Shown here piece after piece: positions 1-9,761 of a stretch of DNA of 64,000 bases; position 1 is the stretch's first letter; the number at the start of each line of letters is the position of its first letter. Below the pieces are notes generated by a model, which worked only from the letters and a program-made list of their open reading frames with translations, ran no database searches and was not told where the DNA came from. Where the stretch lies: NCBI GenBank assembly GCA_043744345.1, contig JAYTUW010000043.1, positions 6,535 through 70,534 of the forward strand, given 5' to 3'. Source of the DNA: Sideroxydans sp. Its GTDB lineage: Bacteria > Pseudomonadota > Gammaproteobacteria > Burkholderiales > Gallionellaceae. The translations under genes were made by a program, and so were the position numbers.

Positions 1-1
1 G

Positions 2-559
2 CCCGGCTTCACCACCAAGAACGAGATTTCTTCCGTATCCGGCCGTGGTGTCGGCATGGACGTGGTGAAGACCAACATCCAGAAGCTCAACGGCACGGTC
101 AACATCCATTCCGAAGTGGGCAAGGGTTCGACCTTCTCCATCTCGTTACCGCTTACGCTGGCGATCCTGCCGGTGCTGGTGTTGCGCCTGGCCGACCAAT
201 CCTTTGCCGTACCGTTGTCTATGGTGCGCGAAATACTGCCGGTCACGCAGGGAGAACTGCAACAGATATCCGGCAAGGCAACCATGGTGGTGCGCGGCGA
301 AGTGTTGCCGGTGCTGCCGCTGGCGCAATTGATCGGCTGGGGCAGCAGCGAAAATTCGGAGGTGGGCGTGCTGATGCAGTTCGGCAACAACAGTTTCATC
401 CTGACCGCCGATGGTTTTGTGGGACATGAGGATGTGGTGATCAAATCACTGGATACCTTCCGTCCAAAAGGAGTGGCGGGTGTCACCATGTCCAGCGAGG
501 GCGATATCGTCCTGATCCTTGATATCAAAGAACTGCTGGGGGATGTGCGTGGCCGCTGA
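2..559 (+). CDS. cheA: Chemotaxis histidine kinase CheA, C-terminal fragment (5' end upstream of window)
   Basis: The frame is open from base 2. The translation PGFTTKNEISSVSGRGVGMDVVKTNIQKLNG carries the GRGVGMD G2 box of the HATPase domain. A CheW-like P5 domain follows (ADQSFAVPLSMVREIL...IVLILDIKEL). MCP, cheR and cheB genes follow directly. Confidence 0.85.
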   Translation, partial: PGFTTKNEISSVSGRGVGMDVVKTNIQKLNGTVNIHSEVGKGSTFSISLPLTLAILPVLVLRLADQSFAVPLSMVREILPVTQGELQQISGKATMVVRGEVLPVLPLAQLIGWGSSENSEVGVLMQFGNNSFILTADGFVGHEDVVIKSLDTFRPKGVAGVTMSSEGDIVLILDIKELLGDVRGR

Positions 560-592
560 ATAAGTATTTAACGCTGTGTGAAGGAGAAAAAT

Positions 593-2257
593 ATGTTCGC
601 CAGCATGTTGTTGAAGAATAAATTTTTGGTGCTGCAAGGCGTATCGGTGTTCATGTTCCTGGTCATGGCGGTATTCAGTATTGTCGAACTGCATGGGACC
701 GTGGATGACCAGAAAGAAAATATCCAGCGGCTGGATGCGGATATTCAGGCGATGGGCCAGATCGATACGATGGACATCGCGATCCTCAAGCAGGCCAAGT
801 CAGCCAAAGACACCTGGCTGCGCGGCTCGGACGAGGAGAAAATCAAAAAATACCGCGGCGAATTCGTCGCCGAGCAAACCCGCTTTGAGGAGAACCAGCG
901 CGGTGCAATTGCCATGCTGAAGCAACTGGCGGTGGGGCACGAGCAGGATTTTGCCGAGTACCTCAGTCAATTGGACAAGATCGGCACGGCCCATCAGGAA
1001 GTTTCCAGAAAATATCTCGCCCAAATTGACGCGCACCGGGGCAACGGGGCAGATTCGGATGCCAAGGTGGCAGGCATTGACCGCGAGGTGTTGACGCAAC
1101 TGAAAACACTGCGCGAGAAATTCGTCGAGTTCACCCAGAAAAAGGCCGATGAAAAGATTGCATTGGCAGAAGCCGATTACAGTCACCGTCGCAATATCAT
1201 CGTCATCTGGGTTATTTTTTCATTGACGCTCACGGTGGTTATGTCGCTTCTCATCGTGCGCCAGATCATGCGTCAACTGGGCGGGGACCCCAAAGAAGTC
1301 GCGGAAATGGTGGATACCATGGCCGCAGGCGATTTTTCCAGACAACCCGCGAGACCGCCGGTTGCGGATAGTCTGCTGGCAAACGCCTACCAAATGCAGG
1401 CAAAGCTGCGCGACATGATCGGAACCGTGAAGCAGCAAGCCATTCAAGTTGGCGACATGGCGCACAGCCTGGCTGCTTCCGCCAACCAGATCTCGGGAAA
1501 CGTCAATCAGGAGTCGGATGCGGTCTCTAGCATGGCTGCCTCTATCGAGGAGTTGAGCGTGTCCACCACCCATATCAGCGACCAGGGAGGCAATGCCAAG
1601 AACATCGCCAACAGTTCACGCGCTGCGGCGGCAGCGGGCACGCTGGTGGTGAACAAGACCGTCACCGGTCTGATGGAAACTGCGCGCGAGATCGGGGAGG
1701 CCTCCGGGGAGGTTTCCAGGCTGGGCGAGGATGCCTCGCGTATCAGCAACGTGGTCAACGTCATCAAGGAGATTGCCGACCAGACCAACCTGCTGGCGCT
1801 CAATGCAGCCATTGAGGCGGCGCGGGCCGGTGAACAGGGTCGCGGGTTTGCAGTGGTGGCGGACGAAGTGCGCAAACTGGCGGAGCGTACCGCGGCGGCG
1901 ACCAGTGAGATCAATCAGATGTCGAGCAAGATCGGCGATGTGGCCGGGCATGCCTTGAGCGGCATGGACAAGGTTGTGAAAACGACGCAACAGGGCGTGG
2001 GGGACGCAGAAACGGCGCAGACCTCCATCAAACAGATTGAGGCGAGCTTCGACCAGGTGGTGGGCGTGATTGACGATATCGCGGCCGCTTTGCAGGAGCA
2101 GAGTGCGGCGGCCACCGAATTGGCCAAGAGCACAGAGCGTGTTTCGCAAATGTCGGAAGAAAACTCCGGAGCCGCGCAGAGCTTGCTGAGTTTGGCCAAT
2201 GAACTGGAAGGCAAAGCGCTCGAAGTGCGTCAGGCGGTCGAGGTGTTCAAGGTGTGA
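593..2257 (+). CDS. Methyl-accepting chemotaxis protein (transmembrane, helical periplasmic sensor, HAMP)
   Basis: The ATG at 593 follows AAGGAG; the track ORF starts at an upstream GTG at 578. Two hydrophobic segments flank a ~190-aa helical region. A HAMP-like segment ([23 protein letters not shown]) is present, as is the signalling hairpin [41 protein letters not shown]. Confidence 0.9.
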   Translation: MFASMLLKNKFLVLQGVSVFMFLVMAVFSIVELHGTVDDQKENIQRLDADIQAMGQIDTMDIAILKQAKSAKDTWLRGSDEEKIKKYRGEFVAEQTRFEENQRGAIAMLKQLAVGHEQDFAEYLSQLDKIGTAHQEVSRKYLAQIDAHRGNGADSDAKVAGIDREVLTQLKTLREKFVEFTQKKADEKIALAEADYSHRRNIIVIWVIFSLTLTVVMSLLIVRQIMRQLGGDPKEVAEMVDTMAAGDFSRQPARPPVADSLLANAYQMQAKLRDMIGTVKQQAIQVGDMAHSLAASANQISGNVNQESDAVSSMAASIEELSVSTTHISDQGGNAKNIANSSRAAAAAGTLVVNKTVTGLMETAREIGEASGEVSRLGEDASRISNVVNVIKEIADQTNLLALNAAIEAARAGEQGRGFAVVADEVRKLAERTAAATSEINQMSSKIGDVAGHALSGMDKVVKTTQQGVGDAETAQTSIKQIEASFDQVVGVIDDIAAALQEQSAAATELAKSTERVSQMSEENSGAAQSLLSLANELEGKALEVRQAVEVFKV

Positions 2258-2470
2258 GCATAACAATGTTCACATGCGGGGTATCGGGGTGGCGGGGTTG
2301 TATGGCTCCGGCAATCGGTTCATGCTGGGAACCGGCATTAGTGCAAAAGGGGATATTGAACTGGCATGTTGAATTGCAAGAAGCGACGGCAATGAACGTC
2401 GCCTGCAATAAAAGTGAATCGGCATTTGGCGGCATCCAATAAAAGCCGACACTTGAGAATAGGAGGCATC

Positions 2471-4105
2471 ATGAACAATCTGAAACTATCCCAGAAATTT
2501 CTGGTGTTGGTGTTCGCCAGTCTGACGGGCTTTGTAGTGGTATGCGCTGCCTCTTTCTGGGCGCTATCCGAGCTCAAGGTAAACGGCCCGCTGTATCAAC
2601 GCATTGTTCAAGGTAAGGATCTGGTTGCCGACATTCTCCCGCCTCCCGAATACATCATCGAATCGTATCTGGTTGCAACCGAGCTGCGCGACGTCAATGC
2701 ATCTGAGCAGCGTGAGAAATCCATTTCCAGACTGGCGGATTTGCGCAAGGATTACAACGAGAGACACGAATACTGGCTGAAGCAATCCCTGGAGCCCAAT
2801 CTGCAAAAGGCGCTACTGTCCGATGCGCACGGGTTTGCGCTGGAATTTTACAAAAAACTGGATGAACAATACCTGCCTGCGGTGCGGGCCGGCGATAAAG
2901 ATCGCGTGAAAGCCGTGATGACTGAACTGCAGGCGAGTTACGAAAAGCATCGCCAGGTTATCGACCAGGTTGTCACCATGACGAATGCACGGAATACAGA
3001 AGACGAATCCAGGGGGGCGGAACTCATCCGGCAAGTGAATGCGCTGCTGCTGACGGTATCGATCCTGACTGCGTGCCTGTCGATCGGACTGGCCATCTAT
3101 ATCAGCCGCAATGTATTGCGCCAGCTTGGCGGCGATCCGCATGAAGTTGTGGCGGTCGTCAACGCCATGTCCGGGGGCGACTTCTCGCAGCATCCGGAAG
3201 CGCCCCCCATCGCCGGGAGTTTGCTGGCAGACGCGTACCGGATGCAGGAAAAGTTGCGGGGCATGATCTCCTCCGTGAAGCTGCAGGCCAACCAGGTCGG
3301 CGACATGGCGCATAGCCTGGCAACCTCCGCCAACCAGATTTCGGAGAACGTCAATCACGAATCCGATTCCGTATCCAGCATGGCAGCCGCCATTGAAGAG
3401 TTGAGCGTTTCCACCACGCATATCAGCGACCAGGGCGCGAACGCCAAGCGCATCGCCGCCAATTCGCGCAGCAATGCCGAGCAAGGCGCACAGGTGGTGA
3501 ACAAGACGGTGGCCGGGCTGTTGGATACGGCGCGTGAAATCGAGGCGGCTTCGGCCGAGGTGTCGCGCCTGGGAGACGATGCATCGCATATCAGCGATGT
3601 AGTCAAGGTCATCAAGGAAATTGCCGACCAGACCAACCTGCTGGCCCTGAATGCGGCCATTGAAGCAGCGCGCGCCGGTGAGCAGGGGCGCGGCTTTGCC
3701 GTGGTGGCGGACGAAGTGCGCAAGCTGGCCGAGCGCACGGCCAATGCCACCAGCGAGATCAGCCAGATGTCGGGCAAGATCGGCGAAGTGGCCGGTCATG
3801 CACTGAGCGGGATGGATAAAGTGGTGAAAACCACACAGCAAGGCGTGGGCGATGCGGAATCCGCACAAAACTCGATCAGGAATATCCAGACCAACTTCGG
3901 CGAGGTGACCGAGGTGATCGACGATATTGCGATAGCGCTGGTGCAGCAGAACGCCGCCGCAACCGAATTGGCGAAGAGCACCGAAAGTGTGTCGCAGATG
4001 TCGGAGGAGAATTCCGGTGCCGCGCAGAGCCTGCTGGAGTTGGCAAAAGAATTAGAAGGAAAGGCCGGCGAAGTGCGGCAGGCAGTCGAGGCATTCAAGG
4101 TTTAG
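2471..4105 (+). CDS. Methyl-accepting chemotaxis protein (paralog of the preceding MCP with a different periplasmic sensor)
   Basis: The ATG at 2471 follows AGGAGG. There are two TM segments and a HAMP segment ([23 protein letters not shown]). The cytoplasmic domain is nearly identical to that of the MCP at 593-2257, but the N-terminal sensor region is unrelated. Confidence 0.9.
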   Translation: MNNLKLSQKFLVLVFASLTGFVVVCAASFWALSELKVNGPLYQRIVQGKDLVADILPPPEYIIESYLVATELRDVNASEQREKSISRLADLRKDYNERHEYWLKQSLEPNLQKALLSDAHGFALEFYKKLDEQYLPAVRAGDKDRVKAVMTELQASYEKHRQVIDQVVTMTNARNTEDESRGAELIRQVNALLLTVSILTACLSIGLAIYISRNVLRQLGGDPHEVVAVVNAMSGGDFSQHPEAPPIAGSLLADAYRMQEKLRGMISSVKLQANQVGDMAHSLATSANQISENVNHESDSVSSMAAAIEELSVSTTHISDQGANAKRIAANSRSNAEQGAQVVNKTVAGLLDTAREIEAASAEVSRLGDDASHISDVVKVIKEIADQTNLLALNAAIEAARAGEQGRGFAVVADEVRKLAERTANATSEISQMSGKIGEVAGHALSGMDKVVKTTQQGVGDAESAQNSIRNIQTNFGEVTEVIDDIAIALVQQNAAATELAKSTESVSQMSEENSGAAQSLLELAKELEGKAGEVRQAVEAFKV

Positions 4106-4108
4106 CCC

Positions 4109-4131
4109 GTCCCCCTTCGCCGAAGGGGGAC
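4109..4131 (+). terminator. GC-rich hairpin 3' of the second MCP (terminator-like, no clear U-tract)
   Basis: GTCCCCCTTCG-C-CGAAGGGGGAC is a perfect 11-bp inverted repeat starting 4 nt after the stop codon. The downstream sequence is not T-rich, so its function is uncertain. Confidence 0.35.
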
Positions 4132-4176
4132 GCGAATCGGGCATTTAACGGCAGTAGCTATGTAACAGGGGGAAAT

Positions 4177-5304
4177 ATGTTTTGCGGAAAATTAAAACAA
4201 GAGCACCAGACGGTATCACTGCGCCTGGTGGAGACAGAGCGCGACATCGAGTCGATGCGCAACGAGCTGGTGCAACTCAAAGCAGAACGGGACTCCTTGC
4301 GTGCCGAGGTCAAAGCGGCAAGGACAGAGTGTGAAGTGGCGCGCGAGATATACGCCGAAATGCAGAACTTCGGCGTGTCATTTGTGGCGCTGCAGCAATC
4401 GCAGGCTGCCGCCGCAAGTTCGCTGCGCGAGGAGAAGAAAAATGCAATCGAGGCGGCCAATGTGTCGGTCAGCAATCGTGAGGCCGTGATTAAGATTGCC
4501 GGAAGCCTGGAGTCGCTTTCCGGCGATACATTGCAGACGTCGCAGAATGTGAAGAGCCTCACCGAGCGTGCCGCGCAGATCGGCAGCATCGTGCAGCTCA
4601 TCAAGGAGATTGCCGACCAGACCAATCTGCTGGCGCTCAATGCGGCCATCGAGGCGGCGCGCGCGGGCGAGCAGGGAAGGGGCTTCGCCGTGGTGGCGGA
4701 CGAAGTGCGCAAGCTGGCCGAACGCACGGCCAAGGCGACCAGCGAGATATCCACCATCGTGGTCGCCATTCAGGGCGAGACGGATCGCACACAGAAGCAA
4801 ATGCACGAATGGGCGGCCAAATCCCAGGTGTTCAGCGGCGATGTGGGAAGCGTAATGGAGAACATGAAGCATCTGCTGGATCTGGCCCAGACCATGGAAG
4901 GAACCATCTCGGCGGCGGCGTTGCGCAGTTTTGTTGAAGTCGCCAAGATCGACCACATCCTCTACAAATTCGAGATATACAAAGTGTTCATGGGCATCTC
5001 CGACCGCACGGCGGAGAGCTTTTCTTCGCATACCGCCTGCCGCCTGGGCAAGTGGTATTTCGAGGGCGAGGGCAAGGACTGCTATGCGAGACTGGACGGC
5101 TATGCCGCCGTGGCTAACCCGCACCAGACATTCCACCAGAATGGCAAAGATGCAGTCGAGGCATTCCGTAAAGGCGAGCCGCTGCGCGGCATGGAACTGG
5201 TCGCCAAAATGGAGACGGACAGCATGGCCGTGCTCAACGCGCTGGAAAGAATCGCTGTGGCGGGAGAGCACGATGGCAGTTTGCTTTGTCATTCGCCGGG
5301 CTAA
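4177..5304 (+). CDS. Soluble MCP-like chemoreceptor with C-terminal CZB (chemoreceptor zinc-binding) domain
   Basis: No hydrophobic TM segment is visible. The MCP hairpin tip [41 protein letters not shown] is present. The C-terminus carries the full CZB pattern H-x2-Y ... C-x-L-G-x-W ... H-x3-H (DHILYKF...[13 protein letters not shown]...[10 protein letters not shown]). Confidence 0.8.
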   Translation: MFCGKLKQEHQTVSLRLVETERDIESMRNELVQLKAERDSLRAEVKAARTECEVAREIYAEMQNFGVSFVALQQSQAAAASSLREEKKNAIEAANVSVSNREAVIKIAGSLESLSGDTLQTSQNVKSLTERAAQIGSIVQLIKEIADQTNLLALNAAIEAARAGEQGRGFAVVADEVRKLAERTAKATSEISTIVVAIQGETDRTQKQMHEWAAKSQVFSGDVGSVMENMKHLLDLAQTMEGTISAAALRSFVEVAKIDHILYKFEIYKVFMGISDRTAESFSSHTACRLGKWYFEGEGKDCYARLDGYAAVANPHQTFHQNGKDAVEAFRKGEPLRGMELVAKMETDSMAVLNALERIAVAGEHDGSLLCHSPG

Positions 5305-5329
5305 TTGACCATCGGCAAAACCGGAGGCT

Positions 5330-5700
5330 TATTGGGCGAGTCTTGCAAAGGGGCCGCTCAAATGGCGAGTCGCCCAAGCCATCCACACCCACCACTTCCC
5401 CCTTTGTAAAGGGGGGTAGCTGTTGTTTCATATTTCAGCTCCGCGTTGAAGATCGCATCGCTCAAACTTGACGAGTCCCCCGCCCAAGCCGTCCACACCC
5501 ACCACTTCCCCCTTTGTAAAGGGGGACTGGAGGGGGATTTAAAAACGTGGAACATCCTCCTCCCTCAAATCCCCCCTGGCCCCCCTTTTGCAAAGGGGGG
5601 TTGCTGTTGTTTCAAATTCCAGCTCCGCGTTGGAAGATTGCTTCGCTCAAACCTTGGCGAGTCCTCCGCCAGCACACACCACCCCCCTCAAGAATAGGGA
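5330..5700. repeat. Intergenic cluster of ~110-bp direct repeats containing CCCCCTTTGTAAAGGGGG-type palindromes
   Basis: CGCCCAAGCC(A/G)TCCACACCCACCACTTCCCCCTTTGTAAAGGGGG occurs at 5371-5416 and 5481-5526. GCTGTTGTTTCA.ATT.CAGCTCCGCGTTG.AAGAT.GC.TCGCTCAAAC occurs at about 5419-5477 and 5603-5664. Degenerate copies lie at both edges. The cluster fills the MCP-cheR spacer. Confidence 0.8.
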
Positions 5701-5739
5701 GGGCGAATCACCATGCATATTTCACGCTAAGATAGCGGC

Positions 5740-6582
5740 ATGGACAATGCCCGCCCGCGCGAATTCGAATTCACCGACCAGGACTTCCAGCGCATCCGCA
5801 AGCTGATCTACGAGCACGCGGGCATCTCGCTGGGCGAGAACAAACAGGAGTTGGTATACAGCCGTCTGGCGCGTCGCCTGCGTGCGCACGGTGTGTCGAC
5901 TTTCGCCGCCTATCTGGACAAACTGCAGCGAGGGGATGCTGCAGAGTGGGAGGCGTTCACCAACTCGCTCACGACCAACCTCACCTCGTTCTTTCGAGAG
6001 CCGCACCACTTTCCCATTCTCGCCGAGCATCTGCGCAAACAGGAGGCGTCTCGCCAACTCACGCTGTGGTGTTCCGCCTGCTCGACCGGCGAGGAGGCCT
6101 ACTCGATGGCGATGACCGCCGTGGAGACCCTGGGGAATTGCGAAAACAGAGTGCACATCATCGCTTCCGATCTGGACACCAAAGTGCTGCAGGCGGCACG
6201 TGAAGGCCTGTACAAGGCCGATGCCGTGGCTAAATTGCCAGCGCAGCAGGTGGACCGATTCTTCACGCGCGGCACCGGTGCACAGGCCGGGTTTGTGCAG
6301 GTCAAGCCGGAACTCAAACGCATGATCGACTTCCGCTGCGTCAATCTGCTGGATGCCATGTGGCCCGTGCATGCGCCGCTGGATGTCATCTTCTGCCGCA
6401 ATGTGATGATCTATTTCGACAAGGCGACCCAGCTGGCCATCCTCAAAAAGTTTGCCCCGTTGCTGCGGGAGAACGGGCTGCTGTTTGCCGGGCATTCAGA
6501 GAGCTTCTATCACGCGAGCAGCATATTCAAGTTGCGCAGCCATACCGTGTATGAGTTGACCGCGCAGGCGAAAGGAAAGTGA
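5740..6582 (+). CDS. cheR: Chemotaxis protein methyltransferase CheR
   Basis: The N-terminus [42 protein letters not shown] is typical of CheR. A SAM-binding core is present ([25 protein letters not shown]). Confidence 0.9.
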   Translation: MDNARPREFEFTDQDFQRIRKLIYEHAGISLGENKQELVYSRLARRLRAHGVSTFAAYLDKLQRGDAAEWEAFTNSLTTNLTSFFREPHHFPILAEHLRKQEASRQLTLWCSACSTGEEAYSMAMTAVETLGNCENRVHIIASDLDTKVLQAAREGLYKADAVAKLPAQQVDRFFTRGTGAQAGFVQVKPELKRMIDFRCVNLLDAMWPVHAPLDVIFCRNVMIYFDKATQLAILKKFAPLLRENGLLFAGHSESFYHASSIFKLRSHTVYELTAQAKGK

Positions 6583-7160
6583 TGGGCGAAAAGATCATCG
6601 TGGTCGGCTCGTCCACGGGGGGGACGGATGCGCTCAAGGTGTTCCTGTCCGGCATGCCGGAACATGCACCCGCCATCCTCATCGCACAGCACATGCCGGA
6701 GTTGTTCACCAAGTCTTTCGCCGAGCGTCTGGATCATCTTTGTACGATGCATGTGACAGAGGCGCTGCACCATGAGGATATCGTGGCGGGGCATGTCTAT
6801 CTGGCGCCCGGGCACTCGCATCTGTCGCTGGAACGCGGTGCCGGAAAGTGGCGTACCGTGCTCAGCCAGGATCCGCCGGTCAACCGTCACCGTCCCTCGG
6901 TGGAAGTGCTGTTTCTTTCCGCAGCCAGACTGCTGGGCAAGGACGCCATCGGCGTGATGCTCACCGGCATGGGCAAGGACGGTGCCGCAGCCATGCTGGA
7001 GATGAAGAAGGCGGGCGCTTACAATTTTGCGCAGGATGAAGCGAGTTGCGTGGTATTCGGTATGCCGCGCGAAGCCATCGCGCTGGGGGCGGTGGACGAG
7101 GTTGTGCCCTTGAAGAACATGGCGGAGCGGGTGCTGGCAAGGCTCTCCCTGGCTAGATAG
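6579..7160 (+). CDS. cheB: Chemotaxis methylesterase CheB, catalytic domain only (no receiver domain)
   Basis: This 193-aa protein starts in an ATGA overlap with the cheR stop, which leaves no room for a REC domain. Esterase motifs are present: [12 protein letters not shown] (Ser), IAQHMP (His), LTGMGKDGA (Asp) and GMPREA. Confidence 0.85.
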   Translation: MMGEKIIVVGSSTGGTDALKVFLSGMPEHAPAILIAQHMPELFTKSFAERLDHLCTMHVTEALHHEDIVAGHVYLAPGHSHLSLERGAGKWRTVLSQDPPVNRHRPSVEVLFLSAARLLGKDAIGVMLTGMGKDGAAAMLEMKKAGAYNFAQDEASCVVFGMPREAIALGAVDEVVPLKNMAERVLARLSLAR

Positions 7161-7236
7161 ACCCCATTTCCCCCGCTGTTCAGCGGATTGGATTTCACGA
7201 TATTGCCGATAATCGCCATGAGCAAAGGAGTTTGCC

Positions 7237-8388
7237 GTGGCCGAACAAGACAGTGACCTGGAAAAAACGGAATCGCCCTCGCAGCGGCGGTTGGACCAAG
7301 CCCGTGAAGAAGGGCAGGTCGCGCGTTCGCGCGAGCTTTCCACCTTTGCCGTGCTGATGGCGGGCGGGGCGGGGGTCTGGCTCATGGGGTCAGCCCTGGC
7401 GGGGCAGCTCCTTTCGGTGGTCCGCGAAGGGCTGACACTGGATACCGGTCTGGCCTTCCATTCCGATCAATTATTGCAGCGCCTGCATGACCTGAGCATG
7501 GCGACCCTGCTTGCTTTTCTGCCCTTGTTTGTCCTGATGCTCGCCGTTGCCGCGTTCTCGCCGTTGCTGCTGAACGGCTGGCTGTTCACGTTGAAACCGC
7601 TGCAGCCCGATCTGAACAAACTCAATCCCCTGAACGGCATCGCGCGCATGTTTTCCATCAACAGCCTGATGGAGCTGGCCAAAGCCATCGCCAAGACCCT
7701 TGTGGTGGGCGGCATCGGTGCCTGGGTGATCTGGCACAACAAGCAGGCTGTGCTGCAGTTGGTGAGCGAGCCCATCGCTTACGCCATTCCTCATCTGGGC
7801 AGCCTGGTGTGGGGCAGCTTTGCCGCCATCATGGGCGGATTGCTGTTGATCGTGGCGGTGGATGTGCCGTTCCAGTTGTACGAGCACAACAAGAAACTGA
7901 AGATGACCAAGGAAGAGGTGCGCCAGGAAGCCAAGGAGACCGAGGGCGATCCACAGGTCAAGGCGCGCGTGCGCAGCATGCAGCGCGAGATGGCGCGCCG
8001 CCGCATGATGGCAGAAATCCCCACCGCCGATGTGGTGGTGACCAACCCGACGCACTTCTCCGTGGCACTCAAATACAGCGAGAACAAGATGCGCGCGCCG
8101 GTCGTGGTCGCCAAGGGTTCGCACCTGATGGCGGCGAAGATCAAGGAGATCGCCAAAGAGCACAATATCCCCATTCTCGAAGCCCCGCCGCTGGCGCGCG
8201 CCCTGCACAAACACTGCGATTTGGGCGAAGCTATTCCGGAAGCATTGTTCAACGCGGTGGCCGAAGTGCTGGCCTACGTTTACCAGTTGCGCCGGTACAA
8301 AAAAGTGGGCGGTGCCTATCCGGAAGAGCCGGGCGAGTTGCCCGTCCCCCGCGAACTCGACCCCGGTGTGCAAACGCTGGCAAGCTGA
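7237..8388 (+). CDS. flhB: Flagellar export apparatus protein FlhB
   Basis: GTG start 7 nt after AAAGGAG. The N-terminus MAEQDSDLEKTESPSQRRLDQAREEGQVARSRELS and the NPTH autocleavage motif (VVVTNPTHFSVAL) are present. Confidence 0.95.
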   Translation: MAEQDSDLEKTESPSQRRLDQAREEGQVARSRELSTFAVLMAGGAGVWLMGSALAGQLLSVVREGLTLDTGLAFHSDQLLQRLHDLSMATLLAFLPLFVLMLAVAAFSPLLLNGWLFTLKPLQPDLNKLNPLNGIARMFSINSLMELAKAIAKTLVVGGIGAWVIWHNKQAVLQLVSEPIAYAIPHLGSLVWGSFAAIMGGLLLIVAVDVPFQLYEHNKKLKMTKEEVRQEAKETEGDPQVKARVRSMQREMARRRMMAEIPTADVVVTNPTHFSVALKYSENKMRAPVVVAKGSHLMAAKIKEIAKEHNIPILEAPPLARALHKHCDLGEAIPEALFNAVAEVLAYVYQLRRYKKVGGAYPEEPGELPVPRELDPGVQTLAS

Positions 8389-8645
8389 TCCGGCGGGAGT
8401 GGTGTGCCCAAACTGCCACAGCTATTGGCCATTCCGCCCGGACGGCGTAATCTCCACCCGAAATCCTGAGTAATCTTGCGCGTCTGCAGACGGCAGCCGA
8501 AATCGCGCCGAGTCACCCCGGGAATTTCGGCTGGATACCGCCGATTAAGGTGTGTTGGGTGGTTGAACATCTGCAAAGCCAGGGAACGGATGCCGAATTG
8601 GGGCGGGCGTTTCCGGCGTGGTGAAATCAAACGGGGAGAATCGAA

Positions 8646-9761
8646 ATGCAAGTCGACTCAATGCACTGGACAGCCCCGACGGGCTGGGAGTCCATTCCGG
8701 CATTCGCGGCGGATGCCGATCTTGTTTTGGTGTTTGCCGACACGGACTATTTTCAGACTGGGGCCTGTTATACCGAATTGCGCGGAATATTCCCGAAAGC
8801 GCATATCGCCGGTTGTTCCTCATCCGGCAGCGTGCTGGGGGGGCAGATCAGCGACGGGGATGTGGTGGCGACGGCGATCAGGTTGGAGCATTCATCCATG
8901 CGCATGGCAACGGTCGATATAGACTCGGACGCGGATGCGCGCGAACTGGGTACACAATTGATGAAAGAACTGGTCGCGCCGGACTTGCGCCACGTCTTTG
9001 TGCTCTCCGACGGTTTGCAAGTGAACGGCAGTGATCTGGCTCAAGGGTTGAACCGGACCGGCGTTCCGGTGACCGGCGGGCTGGCGGGTGACGGCACGCG
9101 TTTCGGCAAGACCTGGGTGATGGCGGATGCACCTGCAAAATGCGGGCGCATCACGGCGCTGGGGTTCTATGGTGATGTCACCGTCAAAAGTGGTTGCTTT
9201 GCCGGGTGGAAAGAGTTTGGTGCCGAACGTATCGTCACCAGATCAAAGGGTAATGTGTTGTACGAGATCGACGATGGTCCCGCGCTGGACCTGTACAAGA
9301 AATACCTCGCCGAGCAGGCAGTGAACCTTCCCGCCAGCGGTTTGCGCTATCCCTTGAGCATCCGCTCAAGTATCGCGGAAAAGCCATTGATCAGGACGTT
9401 GCTTGCGGTCGACGAGGCCGCGCGCAGCCTGACCTTCGCGGGCGATGTCCCGCAGGGCTATCTGTGCAAACTGATGCGCACCGACCTTGACAGCCTCATC
9501 GACAACGCGGGGTTGGCAGCCGAAGCGGCACAACCGGCCAAGCCGGGCACGACCGGGCTGTGTCTGGTCGTGAGTTGTGTGGGGCGGCGGTTGGTGATGG
9601 GGCAGCTGACCGAAGAGGAGCTGGAAATCGTTCAGGACAAGCTGGGCGCATCCACCGCCATCACCGGTTTTTATTCATACGGCGAACTGGCACCGTTCAG
9701 TGACGTGTTGCAATGCCAGTTGCATAACCAGACCATGACGCTCACCACCCTGTACGAATAA
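8646..9761 (+). CDS. Stand-alone FIST-domain (FIST_N + FIST_C, NosP-like) sensor protein
   Basis: N-terminal FIST signature: ADLVLVFADTDY...FPKAHIAGCSSSG. C-terminal FIST_C signature: ITGFYSYGELAPFS...CQLHNQTMTLTTLYE. No output domain is present. The gene is flanked by spacers of 257 nt and 223 nt. Confidence 0.8.
   Translation: MQVDSMHWTAPTGWESIPAFAADADLVLVFADTDYFQTGACYTELRGIFPKAHIAGCSSSGSVLGGQISDGDVVATAIRLEHSSMRMATVDIDSDADARELGTQLMKELVAPDLRHVFVLSDGLQVNGSDLAQGLNRTGVPVTGGLAGDGTRFGKTWVMADAPAKCGRITALGFYGDVTVKSGCFAGWKEFGAERIVTRSKGNVLYEIDDGPALDLYKKYLAEQAVNLPASGLRYPLSIRSSIAEKPLIRTLLAVDEAARSLTFAGDVPQGYLCKLMRTDLDSLIDNAGLAAEAAQPAKPGTTGLCLVVSCVGRRLVMGQLTEEELEIVQDKLGASTAITGFYSYGELAPFSDVLQCQLHNQTMTLTTLYE

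Noticed and set aside
2813-3868. Long antisense ORFs overlapping confidently identified genes. Examples: 2813-3868(-), 11754-13310(-), 18765-19589(+), 29166-30818(-), 43286-44773(+), 45875-47278(+), 48810-50762(+), 50856-52052(+), 52022-53467(+), 58539-60506(-).
   Set aside because: They lie opposite genes with unmistakable family signatures (MCP, FlhF, FlgK/L, FliP, FliM, FliI, FliG, FliF, TPR). Their translations are Arg/Ala/Gly/His-rich low-complexity strings typical of shadow ORFs in high-GC DNA. None has a recognisable domain or ribosome-binding site.
5330-5700. Whether the repeat cluster in the MCP-cheR spacer could be a CRISPR array.
   Set aside because: The repeats are ~110-bp composite units without unique spacers of regular length, the copies are degenerate, and no cas genes are present. 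The cluster fits a REP/MITE-like element better.
7186-7212. A perfect sigma-28 -10 element, GCCGATAA, at 7205-7212, 25 nt upstream of the flhB GTG.
   Set aside because: With an 11-nt spacer the -35 position reads GATTGGAT, only 3 of 8 matches to TAAAGTTT. I cannot support a FliA promoter call from the -10 alone. It may be worth a matrix scan.
8476-9034. ORFs 8476-8922 and 8618-9034 (plus strand), upstream of and overlapping the FIST gene.
   Set aside because: They are out of frame with the FIST ORF, whose N- and C-terminal signatures are clear. Their translations are Arg-rich shadow sequence.
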